Positions 9,645-23,274 of a DNA stretch of 64,000 nucleotides are shown here, in pieces. Below the pieces are notes generated by a model. The model ran no database searches. It was not told the origin of the DNA and saw only the letters and a list, made by a program, of their open reading frames with translations. Numbering within the stretch: the first letter of the stretch is position 1; every line of letters starts with the position of its first letter. The stretch spans positions 32,001 through 96,000 of the forward strand of contig CAWJGT010000011.1 of the NCBI GenBank assembly GCA_963842525.1, read 5' to 3'. The translations under genes and the position numbers were made by a program. Source of the stretch: an uncultured Holophagales bacterium (lineage in GTDB: Bacteria; Acidobacteriota; Thermoanaerobaculia; Multivoradales; UBA5704).

Positions 9645-11783
9645 TCAAGTGTCGCTCCGGACCCCGGCCGACGCAAGCCCGCCGCCCACGCGGAGCCTGG
9701 CGTCGAGCGCCACGGCCCGGCTATTCCGCGGGCCGGCGAGGAAGGGGTTGATGTCGAGCTCCTGGATGCGCGGATGGCGTTGCGCGAGCTGGGCGAGGCG
9801 GAGGAGGATCTCGACCAGTTGGTCGAGGTCGGCGCCCGGCTCGCCGCGCACCCCGGCGAGCAGCTTGAAGCCGCGGATGCCGCGGATCATCTCCAGGGCC
9901 TCGCTCGCCCCCAGGGGAAGCACGCCGAAACGGACGTCCTGGAAGACCTCCACGTACTTGCCTCCGAGGCCGAACATCAGGAGCGGCCCGAAACGCGGGT
10001 CGGTCGTGATCCCGAAGATCACCTCGTGCCCGCCGCGCCCCATCTCCTGGACGAGGAACCCTTCGATCCGGTGCCCCGCGCCTTCGACGGACTCGCGCAC
10101 CCGCGCCAGGGCCGAGGAAAGCTGGGCGTCGTCGCGCAGGTCGACCTGCACCGCGCCGACGTCGCTCTTGTGGATCAGGTCGGGAGCGATGGCCTTGAGG
10201 ACCACCGGATAGCCGATCTCGCGCGCCGCCGGGAGGACCTCGTCCGGGCTCTGCACCGAGCGCCAGTGGACGAAGGGGATGCCGTAGAGGTCGAGCACCC
10301 GGAAGGTGTCGGCCGGATCGAGGTAGCCGCCCGGAGTGCGGTCGAGGATCTCGGCCACGGCACGGTCGTCGGTCGCGAATTCGGGGACCGGCGGCTCGGC
10401 CGGCCGCCGCACCCAGGCGGCGTAGCGGGCGAGCATCATCAGGGCCCGGGCGGCCGACTCCGGGAAGCGGTGGACCGGCGGCAGGTCGATCGTCTCCTTG
10501 ACCGACTCGTAGAACTCGTCGGTCGCCATCATCACCGCCAGCACCGGCTTGGACCGGGTCTTCGCCGCCGCGCCGGCCGCCTCCAGGATGTCGACCGGGT
10601 TCAACAGCAACGGCGTCACGTTGATCACCAGGGCCATGTCGACGCCGGGGTCGTCGAGCACGGCCGCCAGGGCGCGGGCGTAGCCTTCGGCGTTGGCCGA
10701 GGCGATCATGTCCACCGGGTTGGCCACGCTCGCCTCGGCTGGCAGGAACGACCGCAGCAGGGTCCGGGTCTCATCCGCGAGGTCGGCCATGCGCAGGCCG
10801 AGGTTGACGCAGGCGTCCGTGGCCATGATGGCCGGCCCGCCCGCGTTGGTGACGATGCCCACCCGGTTCCCTTCGGGCAATGGGCAGCGGGCCAGGGCGC
10901 GGGCGACGTCGAACAGCTCCTCGATGGTGTTGGCGCGCAGCACGCCGCACTGGTCGAGGAAGGCCGAGACCGTGACGTCGGTGCCGGCGATGGCGCCGGT
11001 GTGGCTGCTCGCGGCGCGCGCCCCCTCGGCGGTGCGCCCGGACTTGACGACCAGGATCGGCTTTTTGCGCGTCACCCGCTTGGCGATCTCGGTGAAGCGC
11101 CGCGGGTTGCCGAACGATTCGAGGTACATGGCGATGACGCGGGTGTCCGGGTCGTCCTCCCAGTGCTCCAGGAGGTCGTTGCCGGAGACGTCGGCCTTGT
11201 TGCCCATGGAGACGAACTGCGTCAGGCCGATCCCCAGGTCCTGGGCGACGTTCAGGATCGCCACGCCGAGGGCGCCCGACTGGCTGACGAAGCCGATATG
11301 CCCCTGCCGGGCAGGCGTGGGGGCGAAGGTGGCGTTCAGGCTCGCCTCCGGCGCGGTGTTGATCACCCCCATGCAGTTGGGACCGATCATGCGCACCCCG
11401 GCGGCGCGCACGGTGTCGCGCAGGAGCCGCTCGTGCTGCGCCCCCTCCTCGCCGGTCTCGGAGAACCCGGCGGAGATGACCACCAGGCCGCGAACGCCCT
11501 TGGCCAGGCATTCCTCGACGACCCCCTGCACCTGCCGCCGCGGGACCATCACCACGGCCAGGTCGACCGGGTCGGGGATGGCCGCCATGGACGGGTAGCA
11601 CTTGAGGGAGTGGATGGCCTGGGCGTTCGGGTTGACCGGATAGATGGCGCCGTTGAACTCGTTCGTCACCAGGTTGTGGAGGAGCGCGAAGCCGATCGAG
11701 TCGCGGCGGCGCGAGGCGCCCACCACGGCGATCGAACGCGGCGAAAAGATCGGGTCGAGGGGTCGGGCGGGGAGTGGGGTCAT
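9645..11783 (-). CDS. Acetate--CoA ligase (ADP-forming) family acyl-CoA synthetase
   Basis: CoA-binding SIAVVGAS, GPNCMG, SQSGALG, SHTGAIAG, C-terminal ATP-grasp HKSDVG...ELDINP. Confidence 0.9.
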   Translation of the reverse strand: MTPLPARPLDPIFSPRSIAVVGASRRRDSIGFALLHNLVTNEFNGAIYPVNPNAQAIHSLKCYPSMAAIPDPVDLAVVMVPRRQVQGVVEECLAKGVRGLVVISAGFSETGEEGAQHERLLRDTVRAAGVRMIGPNCMGVINTAPEASLNATFAPTPARQGHIGFVSQSGALGVAILNVAQDLGIGLTQFVSMGNKADVSGNDLLEHWEDDPDTRVIAMYLESFGNPRRFTEIAKRVTRKKPILVVKSGRTAEGARAASSHTGAIAGTDVTVSAFLDQCGVLRANTIEELFDVARALARCPLPEGNRVGIVTNAGGPAIMATDACVNLGLRMADLADETRTLLRSFLPAEASVANPVDMIASANAEGYARALAAVLDDPGVDMALVINVTPLLLNPVDILEAAGAAAKTRSKPVLAVMMATDEFYESVKETIDLPPVHRFPESAARALMMLARYAAWVRRPAEPPVPEFATDDRAVAEILDRTPGGYLDPADTFRVLDLYGIPFVHWRSVQSPDEVLPAAREIGYPVVLKAIAPDLIHKSDVGAVQVDLRDDAQLSSALARVRESVEGAGHRIEGFLVQEMGRGGHEVIFGITTDPRFGPLLMFGLGGKYVEVFQDVRFGVLPLGASEALEMIRGIRGFKLLAGVRGEPGADLDQLVEILLRLAQLAQRHPRIQELDINPFLAGPRNSRAVALDARLRVGGGLASAGVRSDT

Positions 11784-11810
11784 GGGGCAGATCCTTGCAC
11801 AATTTCCGGA

Positions 11811-11958
11811 CCCCTCACCCCCGGCCCCTCTCCCAACCGCCCTCCCGACCTCCGGGAGAGGGGAGCCCCCACCCAAAAACTACCTGGCAGTGCATTTTCC
11901 CCCCTCTCCCGGTGGCGTGGGAGGGCGGTTGGGAGAGGGGGGCCAGGGGGGTAAGGGG
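11811..11958. repeat. REP-like long inverted repeat (doublet)
   Basis: CCCCTCACCCCCGGCCCCTCTCCCAACCGCCCTCCC pairs with GGGAGGGCGGTTGGGAGAGGGGGGCCAGGGGGGTAAGGGG; related copy at 53102. Confidence 0.8.
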
Positions 11959-11959
11959 C

Positions 11960-12838
11960 TCATCGCGGCCAGAGCACGCGCAGCTTCTCCGGCGCGATCC
12001 GCACCCGGACCGGCAGCCGCTCCTGGCAGAGGTCTCCGTCGACCTGGGCCGGCTCCCCGGGCGGGCCGCCGAGGAGGGCCTCCTCGACGCGGAAGACGGT
12101 GACGTCGCGCCGGCGCACGTGGGTCGAGCGCAGGAGGTCGAGGACGAAGGCGAGCGTGGCGGCGCGTCCGCGGCCGTGGAAGAGGACGAGATCCAGCTTG
12201 CCGTCGTCCGGCCGGGCGCCCGGCGCCAGGTGGAACGAGCCGGCATAATAAGGGATGTTCGCCACCGCGGCGAAGGTGGCGGTCCGGCGCTCGCCGCCGG
12301 CGATCACTTCGATCTCGTGGTAGGGATACCGCCACCACTCGCGGAGCCCCTGCCAGGCGATGGCGCCCTGTCCGAAGCGCCACTTGAGCTCGACGTCGAG
12401 CGCCGCGAGGACCGTGGCGTCGAGCCCCGCCGAGACCATCATCAGGAACGGGTGGTCCCCCGCCAGGCCGACGTCGATGGGGCGGACTGGGGCACCGCAC
12501 AGCGCGGTTGCGGCGCGCAGGGGGTCGCGCGGCAGCCTGAGGGCCAGCGCCAGCAGGTTGGCCGTGCCGCCGGGGATCACGCCGAGGGCGACGGGGCTGC
12601 CGAGCAGGCCGGTTGCCACCTCGCGCGCCGTGCCGTCGCCGCCGAACGAGAACACGGCTTCGACTTCACCGCCTCCGGCCAGCCCGCGCGCCAGCTCGAC
12701 CGCCTCTCCGGCATAGGACGTGGGCCGCGGCTCGACCTCGAAGCCGCCGCCGCGCAGGGCGCCGAGGATCCCGTCCAGCATGCGGGCATGGCGCTGGCGC
12801 CCCGAGCGGGGGTTGTAGATCAGGGCGGCGCGGCGCAC
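11960..12838 (-). CDS. Diacylglycerol/lipid kinase family protein (YegS-like)
   Basis: IYNPRSG, GGDGT and IPGGTANLLA motifs; GTG start just after the ruvB stop. Confidence 0.88.
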   Translation of the reverse strand: MRRAALIYNPRSGRQRHARMLDGILGALRGGGFEVEPRPTSYAGEAVELARGLAGGGEVEAVFSFGGDGTAREVATGLLGSPVALGVIPGGTANLLALALRLPRDPLRAATALCGAPVRPIDVGLAGDHPFLMMVSAGLDATVLAALDVELKWRFGQGAIAWQGLREWWRYPYHEIEVIAGGERRTATFAAVANIPYYAGSFHLAPGARPDDGKLDLVLFHGRGRAATLAFVLDLLRSTHVRRRDVTVFRVEEALLGGPPGEPAQVDGDLCQERLPVRVRIAPEKLRVLWPR

Positions 12839-12843
12839 GGCTG

Positions 12844-13869
12844 TCAGAAGAGCGAGCCCGTGGTGCCGGGCCGGGGCGGATAGCCGAGGTGCTGGTAGGC
12901 GCGGCGGGTGGCCACCCGGCCGCGGGGGGTGCGCTGCAGGAACCCCTCCTGGATCAGGTAGGGCTCGTAGAGGTCCTCGATCGTGCCGCTGTCCTCGCCC
13001 ACGGCCGCGGCCAGCGCCTTGAGGCCGGCCGGGCCGCCGTCGTAGTGCTCGATCAGGGTGCCGAGGATCTTGCGGTCGAGATCGTCGAAGCCGAAGTCGT
13101 CCACCTCCAGCAGCGCCAGGGCCTTGCGGGCGGCCGCCAGGTCGATCCGGCCGGCCCGCTCGACCTGGGCGAAGTCGCGCACGCGGCGCAGCAGCCGGTT
13201 GGCCACCCGCGGCGTGCCGCGGCTGCGGCGCGCGATCTCGTCCGCTCCGGTCTGGTCGATCGCGACGTTGAGCAGGCGGGCCGAGCGCTGGATGATCAGC
13301 GTCAGCTCCTCCGGCCGGTAGAAGTCCAGGCGGTGCACGATGCCGAAGCGGGCGCGCAGAGGCGCGCTGACCAGGCCGGCGCGGGTGGTGGCGCCGACCA
13401 GGGTGAAGCGGGGGAGCTCGATCTTGACCGTGCGCGCGGCCGGCCCCTGGCCGATGACGAGGTCGAGGCGGAAGTCCTCCAAGGCCGGATAGAGGATCTC
13501 CTCCACCGTAGGCCCCAGCCGGTGGATCTCGTCGATGAACAGCACCTCCCCCGGATCGAGGTTGGTGAGGATCGCCGCCAGGTCGCCGGCCCGCTCGAGC
13601 ACCGGCCCCGAGGTGATGCGCAGGGGCGCTCCCATCTCGCCGGCGATGATGTGGGCCAGGGTGGTCTTGCCCAGGCCCGGAGGACCGAAGAGCAGCACGT
13701 GGTCCAGACTCTCCCGCCGTTCGCGCGCCGCCCGGATGAAGACCTTCAGGTTGTCGAGGATCTTCTTCTGGCCGATGTACTCGTCCAGCCGCTGCGGCCG
13801 CAGGGTGGGCTCGACTCCCAGGTCCTCGGGATCGGGGACGCCGGACAGGATGCGCTCGTCGGTCTGCAT
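12844..13869 (-). CDS. ruvB: Holliday junction branch migration helicase RuvB
   Basis: [51 protein letters not shown]. Confidence 0.97.
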   Translation of the reverse strand: MQTDERILSGVPDPEDLGVEPTLRPQRLDEYIGQKKILDNLKVFIRAARERRESLDHVLLFGPPGLGKTTLAHIIAGEMGAPLRITSGPVLERAGDLAAILTNLDPGEVLFIDEIHRLGPTVEEILYPALEDFRLDLVIGQGPAARTVKIELPRFTLVGATTRAGLVSAPLRARFGIVHRLDFYRPEELTLIIQRSARLLNVAIDQTGADEIARRSRGTPRVANRLLRRVRDFAQVERAGRIDLAAARKALALLEVDDFGFDDLDRKILGTLIEHYDGGPAGLKALAAAVGEDSGTIEDLYEPYLIQEGFLQRTPRGRVATRRAYQHLGYPPRPGTTGSLF

Positions 13870-13956
13870 GGGGCTCCATTCTAGAGGATCGATCAAGTCC
13901 CTACTTGACGGGCGCGGGAAAGACTTATAGCCTGTTGCAAATTCAAGGGTCTTCCC

Positions 13957-14820
13957 GTGAAACGTGCCCGCATCTCCAGATGGGGTGGTCTGGCCAGCGC
14001 CGGTCTGGCGGTGGCGCTGTATGCCGTGCCCGCCGCGGCGCAGAACGTCATCTCCACCCAGCAGAACCCGAACGTGACGTTTTCTACGCCCGGCCTCAAA
14101 AGCGTGACGCTCCAGGCCTGCAACGTGCGGGGCTGCACCTCGGTGATCAAGACGGTCCTGGTGCTCAACCCCCTGCCGGCGGTCACCGCGGCATCGGCCC
14201 TGCCTCTGATCGTGGAGGCCGGCCAGCTCGTCCGGCTCACCGGCGCAGGGACCGGCCAGCCGGCGCTCAACTACACCTGGAAGCTCCTGGCCGGCGGCAT
14301 CGCCGAGGTCGCCAGCCTCGGGGGAGCCACGGCCTGGTGGGACACGATAGGCATGGCCCCCGGTGCCTACACGGCGGTCCTGCAGATCCAGAACGCCTCC
14401 GGGATCGCCCTGTCGCTCCCCATCCCGATCGTCGTCAATCCGTCGCTGGGGCTCGCCTTCTACACGATCAACCCCTGCCGGGTCTTCGACTCGCGCGCCA
14501 GCGCGCCGCTCAGCTCCGGCGTCCCGCGCGTGATCAACGCCGTGGGCTCGGGCTGCGGCATTCCGGCCGGCGCCCGGGCGCTGGCTCTGAACGTGACGGT
14601 GGTCGGCCCTTCGGGGACCGGGTACGTGGCCCTCTATCCGGGCAACTACCCGCAGCCGGCCACCAGCACCATCAACTTCGCGGCCGGCGCGGTCCGCGCC
14701 AACCATTCCGTCCTGCCGATCGCGACCGATGGCACCGGGACGCTGGCGGCCGTGGCCATGATCCCGGGGAACGGCGTCACCCACCTGGTCGTTGACGCAA
14801 GCGGCTACTTCCTGCCCTGA
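13957..14820 (+). CDS. Secreted PKD/Ig-like domain protein
   Basis: Signal peptide, [13 protein letters not shown]-like motif, C-terminal [13 protein letters not shown]...[10 protein letters not shown] domain. Confidence 0.7.
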   Translation: MKRARISRWGGLASAGLAVALYAVPAAAQNVISTQQNPNVTFSTPGLKSVTLQACNVRGCTSVIKTVLVLNPLPAVTAASALPLIVEAGQLVRLTGAGTGQPALNYTWKLLAGGIAEVASLGGATAWWDTIGMAPGAYTAVLQIQNASGIALSLPIPIVVNPSLGLAFYTINPCRVFDSRASAPLSSGVPRVINAVGSGCGIPAGARALALNVTVVGPSGTGYVALYPGNYPQPATSTINFAAGAVRANHSVLPIATDGTGTLAAVAMIPGNGVTHLVVDASGYFLP

Positions 14821-14826
14821 GAGGGC

Positions 14827-15417
14827 TCACGCCCTCGACATGCGGTTCAGGCTGGCGCGCAGGAGGTCGTGGAAGACGGCGTCCGGCCGCTCGCGGCGGA
14901 CCTCGGCCACGGCGCGCTCGGCCTGGCTGCTCTTGTAGCCAAGGTTGACGAGGGCGGAGACGACGTCCTGGTCGGCCGGTGCGGCCTTGTCGGGGACCTC
15001 GGCGGCGAGCTCGCGCATCTTCTCCCGCAGCTCCAGCACCATCCGCTCGGCGGTCTTTTTCCCGACCCCGGGGATGGTGGCGAGCCGTCCGAGGTCTCCG
15101 GAGGCGAGCGCGCCGAGGAGGTCGTCCGGCGGCATGCCCGAGAGGATCGCGCGGGCCAGCCGCGGACCGATCCCGCCGACCCCGATCAGCCGCTCGAACA
15201 GCAGCTTCTCGCGCTCGGTCCAGAAGCCGAACAGGGCGATGCCGTCCTCCCGCATGTGGGTATGGATGAAGAGGGCCACCTGGGCGGAGGCGCCGCGCTT
15301 CTCGACCTCATAGTAGGTGGAGAGCGGGATGTGGACCTCGTAGCCGACCCCCTGGACATCGACCAGCAGGCGGTCGGGGGTGGCGCGGAGGACGTTGCCT
15401 TGCAGATAGCCGATCAT
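14827..15417 (-). CDS. ruvA: Holliday junction DNA-binding protein RuvA
   Basis: MIGYLQG, DVQGVGYEV, GIGPRLA, PGVGKKTAER. Confidence 0.97.
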   Translation of the reverse strand: MIGYLQGNVLRATPDRLLVDVQGVGYEVHIPLSTYYEVEKRGASAQVALFIHTHMREDGIALFGFWTEREKLLFERLIGVGGIGPRLARAILSGMPPDDLLGALASGDLGRLATIPGVGKKTAERMVLELREKMRELAAEVPDKAAPADQDVVSALVNLGYKSSQAERAVAEVRRERPDAVFHDLLRASLNRMSRA

Positions 15418-15461
15418 GGCAGGCTGGGGCCTCCCCCGCGGAGGAGGGAGGCCTCAGCGTC

Positions 15462-17414
15462 TCAGCTCGGCATCGGATTGGCGGCCTCGCCGGTCACCCC
15501 GAAGGACTCGAGGAGCTGCCGGTCGTATTCGACGCCGAGCTCCTCGCGCCGCTGCTGGATCAGCGAGCCGAGGATCCCGTCGAGCTTCTGCTGCTCCACG
15601 GTCTCGCGGGTCTGCTGGCGGGCCACCGCGAACTGGATCGGATCCCAGGCCTTGCGCTCCTTGACCTCGAAGAGCAGAGCGCCCTGGGCGTCGGCGATCG
15701 GACCGCCCAACTGCCCGGGCTGGAGCGCCATGACGGACTTGGTCAGCTCGGGGTTGTAGCCGATCCCGGGGATCGGGGCCTGGCCGCCGAACTCGGGGGT
15801 TTCCTGGATCGGGATGCCGAGCTCGGCCGCGATCTGGTCGAGCGTCTTGCCGCCCGTGCGCGCCGTCTTCAGCCGCTGCAGCGCGGCCTCCTGCTGCTTC
15901 TGCGCGATGAGCGCCGCGCGCACCCGGTCCTGGACGTCGGCGAGCTCCGGGACGCGCGGCTCGTGGACCTGCCCGAGATAGAAGACGGCCCAGCCGCGCG
16001 GCACCTCGATGGCCGGCGTGACCTTGCCCTTTTCGAGCCCGAAGGCGGCCGAGGTAAGGGCGGGCGCGTAGCCCAGGCCGCGGATGGCATCCCGCTCGCC
16101 GAACTTGCCGGTCTCGCCGAAGGTCGCCCCCGGGGTCTTTTCGGCGACGGCCTTGACTGCCAGGACGCTGTCCGGCTTGTCCTTGGCCAGCCGGCTCGCC
16201 AGCTCCCGCGCCCGCGATGCCGCCAGCTCGCGCACCCGATCGAACGACAGGCGGTTGCTGATCTGCTCCTTGGCCTCCGCGAACGGCGTCACGCCGCCGG
16301 CCCGGCGGTCGGTGACCTGGATCAGGTGGGCTCCGAATTCGGAGCTGACCGGGCCGACCAGATCGCCGATCTTGGCGCCGAAGGCGGCATCCTCGAAAGG
16401 CTTGACCATCTGGCCGCGGCCGAAGAAGTCGAGGTCGCCGCCGCGCTCTTTCGAGCCGTCGTCGGAGAGCTGCGCGGCGAGGATTGCAAAGTCGGCGCCC
16501 GCCTGGATCTTCTTCTTGGCGTCTTCGAGCTGCTGGCGCGCCTGCTCTTCGGTGCGCTCCGGGGTGAACTTGAGGAGGATGTGCCGGGCGCGCACCTGCT
16601 CGGGCCGGGCGAATTCGGTGCTGTGCTCGTCGTAGTACTTCCGCAGCTCCTCGTCCGAGAGCTTCACCTCGTTGCGCAGCTTGTCGGGCTCCAGCAGGAT
16701 GTACGCCCCCTCGCGCTGCACGGGCAGCTTGTACTCCTGCTTGTGGGCGTCGAAGTAGGACTGCAGCTCGGCCGGCGTGACCTGCGCTTCCTGCGCGAAG
16801 CGGAGCCTGGGGAGCTGGAGGTAGCGGATCTTGGCCTTCTCGACCTGCTGCCGGTAGGCCTCTTCGACCTCCTTGTCGCTGACGAAGAGGTTCGCGCGGA
16901 GCACGTCGTTCAGCTTCTCGCGCAGGAGCTGGCGCCGCATCTCGCCCTCGAAGGAGGCCACGGTGTAGCGGTTGCCCTGGAGGATCTGGGCGTACTTCTC
17001 CTCGCCGATGAAGCGCCCCTTGTCGTCCTTGAAGACCGGCTCCTCGAGGATCCTCGCCTGCAGCTCCTCGTCGGTCACATCGAGGCCCAGCCGGTCGGCC
17101 TCCTCGAGCAGGATCTGCTCGTTGACAGCCCGGTCGAGCGCCTGCATCGGCAGCTTCATCATCTGGGCCAGCTCGGGGGTGAACTGCTCGCCGTAGAGCT
17201 GCCGGTACATCCCTTCGAGATAGCGGTACTGGCGCTCGAACTCCTCCATCGTGACCGTATGGTCGCCCACCTTGGCGGCCTTGGTGCGCGCCCCCTGCTG
17301 CCCTACGCCGCCGAAGCTGCCGAAATCGACGAAGACGAAGAGCACGAACAGGCCGATGACGACCCAGAGGATCCAACTGAGGTATTTGATGTTGTCCCGG
17401 AAGACCTTGAGCAT
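15462..17414 (-). CDS. ppiD: PpiD/SurA-type periplasmic chaperone and parvulin PPIase
   Basis: N-terminal TM, SurA N domain, VRARHILL...GGDLDFF...MVKPFEDAAF...SEFGAHLI. Confidence 0.85.
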   Translation of the reverse strand: MLKVFRDNIKYLSWILWVVIGLFVLFVFVDFGSFGGVGQQGARTKAAKVGDHTVTMEEFERQYRYLEGMYRQLYGEQFTPELAQMMKLPMQALDRAVNEQILLEEADRLGLDVTDEELQARILEEPVFKDDKGRFIGEEKYAQILQGNRYTVASFEGEMRRQLLREKLNDVLRANLFVSDKEVEEAYRQQVEKAKIRYLQLPRLRFAQEAQVTPAELQSYFDAHKQEYKLPVQREGAYILLEPDKLRNEVKLSDEELRKYYDEHSTEFARPEQVRARHILLKFTPERTEEQARQQLEDAKKKIQAGADFAILAAQLSDDGSKERGGDLDFFGRGQMVKPFEDAAFGAKIGDLVGPVSSEFGAHLIQVTDRRAGGVTPFAEAKEQISNRLSFDRVRELAASRARELASRLAKDKPDSVLAVKAVAEKTPGATFGETGKFGERDAIRGLGYAPALTSAAFGLEKGKVTPAIEVPRGWAVFYLGQVHEPRVPELADVQDRVRAALIAQKQQEAALQRLKTARTGGKTLDQIAAELGIPIQETPEFGGQAPIPGIGYNPELTKSVMALQPGQLGGPIADAQGALLFEVKERKAWDPIQFAVARQQTRETVEQQKLDGILGSLIQQRREELGVEYDRQLLESFGVTGEAANPMPS

Positions 17415-17517
17415 GGACGAACTCCTTTCAACCCCGGAGGGGCGGGATACTTTACCAGAAAAGATCCTGTGTTATATTCGCGTCCCTACATGAGTCTGCG
17501 CACGAAGGGGAATTGAC

Positions 17518-20090
<2,573 letters not shown>

Positions 20091-20116
20091 ACCGGACCGG
20101 CAATGGGATCGGACGC

Positions 20117-20959
20117 GTGGACGAGCGCCGCACCGGCTGGGTGCTGATCGTCGTGCTGGTGGTCCAGCTCGTCTATCTGGCAGTCCAGGGCGCGAGCAGG
20201 GGAGACACCCTGCTCGAATCCGCCGGTCTGCGCCTGCTCGGCCCGCCGGCCCGCTTCGTGACCGGCCTCCCGGGCGGCGTCTCCGGCTTCCGCGAAGGCA
20301 TGAAGACGCGCGGCCGGCTCCTCGACGAGAACCAGCGCCTGCGCCGCGAGGTCGAGGACCTCCGGCTGCGCCTGCTGCAGCTCTCGGACGTCGAGAACGA
20401 GGCGCTGCGGCTGGGCACGGCGGTGCGCCATGCCACGCCGCCCATCGGCCGCATCCGGGCGGCCGACGTGGTCTACGCGGACCATGCCTCGTGGCTGCGC
20501 ACCCTGGTCATCTATGCCGGCGACGTACCTGTCCGCCGCAATCAGCCGGTCCTCTCGGCCGAGGGCCTGGTCGGCCGCGTGGTGACCGTCGCCGGACCCT
20601 ATGCCAAGGTGCAGCTCGTCACCGACCGTGCCGCGAGCGTCGGCGCCATGATCCTGCGCACCCGGCGGCAGGGGGTGGTGCGCGGCAGCGGACGCAGCGG
20701 CGGCCTGGAGCTCGACTTCGTGCCGCTGCAGACCGACGTGCGGCCCGGCGACCGGGTGCTGACCGCCGGCATCGACGGCGTCTACCCGCGGGGGATCCTG
20801 ATCGGCACGGTCATTGCGGTGAAGCGCGGCGGGCAGCTCTTCCACCGCATCCAGCTCGCTCCCGCCGTCGACTTCGGCTCGCTCGACCAGGTCTATCTCC
20901 TGGAGTACGAGCCCGTTCCACAAGCCCTCAGGGAGGCCGATCCCGGTGCGCGCCGTTAA
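20117..20959 (+). CDS. mreC: Rod shape-determining protein MreC
   Basis: TM plus coiled coil, GLVGRV, GDRVLTAGIDGVYPRGI; operon position. Confidence 0.92.
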   Translation: MDERRTGWVLIVVLVVQLVYLAVQGASRGDTLLESAGLRLLGPPARFVTGLPGGVSGFREGMKTRGRLLDENQRLRREVEDLRLRLLQLSDVENEALRLGTAVRHATPPIGRIRAADVVYADHASWLRTLVIYAGDVPVRRNQPVLSAEGLVGRVVTVAGPYAKVQLVTDRAASVGAMILRTRRQGVVRGSGRSGGLELDFVPLQTDVRPGDRVLTAGIDGVYPRGILIGTVIAVKRGGQLFHRIQLAPAVDFGSLDQVYLLEYEPVPQALREADPGARR

Positions 20960-21462
20960 GCTTCTCGCCGGTCTCGCCATCGCGGTGCTCGTGCACCTGC
21001 TCGGCGTGCGCCTGATCCCCTCCTTCGCGCTGGCGGTGGACGTCTTCCTGGTCGTCGTCGCGCTCTTCGCCCTGGAGGGGAGCTCGCTTGCCGCGCTCTT
21101 CGCCGGGCTGCTCGTCGGGCTGCTGCACGACAGCCTGTCGGGCGGTTCCTTCGGCCTTTTCGGCTTCGCTGATACCATCGTAGGCTACGGCACGGCGCGC
21201 CTGGCGCAGCGGCTGGTCATCCAGCGGCCGACCGGCGTCCTGGCGCTGGTGAGCTTCGCGGCCGTGGTCCAACAGGCGATCGTGATCGGCCTCGCGTTCC
21301 TGCTGCTGCCCGACACCGAGCTTCCCGCATCCCGTCTGGGTGGCGGTGCGGGCCGGCATTTGCGGCCTGCTCGGGATGGCGGTCCACATCGCAACGATTC
21401 ATTGGCGCCGCACGTCCGAGGTCCGGCGGCGCGGACGCATGAGCCGGCTCCGGCTCGGCTGA
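20946..21462 (+). CDS. mreD: Rod shape-determining protein MreD (frameshift near 21330)
   Basis: Hydrophobic, GLLVGLLHDSLSG; lies between mreC and PBP2. Confidence 0.8.
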
Positions 21463-21475
21463 GAGGGAGAGTGAC

Positions 21476-23274
21476 ATGCAGGTGGTTCGCGAGCATCGGG
21501 ACGATCTGATCAACCGCATCCGGATCCTGAGCGCCCTGGTGCTCGGCCTGGTCGCGGTCATCGCGGCCGGCTTCTGGTTCGTCCAGCTCGTCCAGGGGGA
21601 CCTCTACCGGGAGCTCGCCGAGAACAACCGGCTGCGCAGGCTCCCGATCAAGGCGCCGCGCGGCCTGATCTTCGACCGCCACGGACGGCTGCTGGTCGAG
21701 AACGTCCCCAGCTACAACCTGATGCTGGACCGCAGCCTGACACCGGACCTGGAGGCGAGCCTCGCCTCGGCCGCCGAGGTGCTCGGGCGGCCCCTGCCCG
21801 AGTTGCGGGGGATCCTGGCGCGCTACGCGGCGATCCCGGACTTCACTCCTGTCCTGCTCGCCGAGAACCTGACCCTCTCCCAGGTGGCGCGCTTCGGCGT
21901 GACGCGCCTCGAGCACCCCGAGCTGGAGGTCGAGGTCCAGCACCTCCGGCTCTACCGCCATGGCGGCCAGACCGCCCATGTGCTCGGCTATCTGGGCGAG
22001 GCGACCGAGAACGAGATCGAAGGCTCCGCAGATTTCTACAAGCCCGGCGACCTGGTGGGCAAGAAGGGGATCGAGCAGACCTACGACCGGGAGCTGCGCG
22101 GCGAGGACGGCGTGCGGGCCGTGGAGGTGGACAGCCGCGGCGAGCTGCTCGAAGAGCTCGGCAGCGAGCCCGCGGTGCCGGGCAAGAACCTGGCGCTGAC
22201 CATCGACCTCGACCTGCAGCAGGAGGCGGCGCGCTGGCTCGACGGTCCGGAGAAGGTCGGCGCCATCGTGGCCATGGACCCGCGCAACGGCGAGATCCTG
22301 GCTCTGGTCTCGGCGCCGTCGTTCAACCCCAACCTGTTCGCGCGCCGCCTGCAGGCGGACGACTGGAAGGCTCTGATCGGAGACCCGCACCACCCGCTGC
22401 AGAACCGGTCGATCCAGAACACCTACTCGCCGGGCTCGACCTTCAAGATCGTCATGGCCACCGCCGGGCTGACCGAGGGGGTGTTCAACGAGCACACCCG
22501 CGTCTTCTGCGGCGGCGCCGGAGTGTTCTACGGCCGCCGGTTCCGCTGCTGGCGCCCGGGGGGCACGGCTCGGTGGACGCCCGCCTGGCCCTCAAGCTCT
22601 CCTGCGACGTCTACTTCTATACGCTGGGCCAGCGGCTGGGGATCGAGCGGATCGCCCGCTACGCCCGCCTGTTCGGGCTCGGCTCCCTCTCCGGCATCGA
22701 GATCGAAGGCGAGAAGCGCGGCCTGGTGCCCGATACAGCGTGGAGCCTCGCGGCGCGCAAGACGCCCTGGTACCCGGGCGAGACGATCTCGGTGGCCATC
22801 GGCCAGGGCCCGGTGCTGACGACGCCTCTCCAGATGGCCGAGATGACCGCCCTGGTCGCCAACGGCGGCTACCGGGTGACGCCGCACCTGGTGCGCGGCG
22901 CGCGGGTGCCGGCGCCGCAGCACGTCGCGCTCGACGCGCGGGCGCTCCGCATCGTGCGCGAGGGGCTGTGGGCGGTGGTCAACGAGCCGGGCGGCACCGC
23001 CTACTGGTCCGCCCGCGTGCCCGGGGCGGAGATGGCCGGCAAGACCGGCAGCGTGCAGGTCATCGCCCAGGCCGCCCGCACCGACGCCAGGACCCTCCCC
23101 TTCAAATTCCGCGACCACGCCTGGTTCACCTCGTTCGCCCCGCTCGAGAATCCCCGCCTCGTGGTGGCGGTGTTCGCCGAGCACGGCGGCGCGGGGTCCA
23201 GGACCGCCGCACCGATCGCCCAGGCCATTCATGCAAAATATTTCAAGATCGATCTCCCTGCCGTCGCTCGCTGA
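21476..23274 (+). CDS. mrdA: Penicillin-binding protein 2 (frameshift near 22565)
   Basis: APRGLIFDR, SxxK in PGSTFK, SCD, KTG motif. Confidence 0.93.

Noticed and set aside
9585-11954. Long alternative-frame ORFs (789 aa here; similar at 35335-37854, 37824-40040, 59140-61431)
   Set aside because: Stop-poor shadow frames typical of high-GC DNA, overlapping well-supported genes
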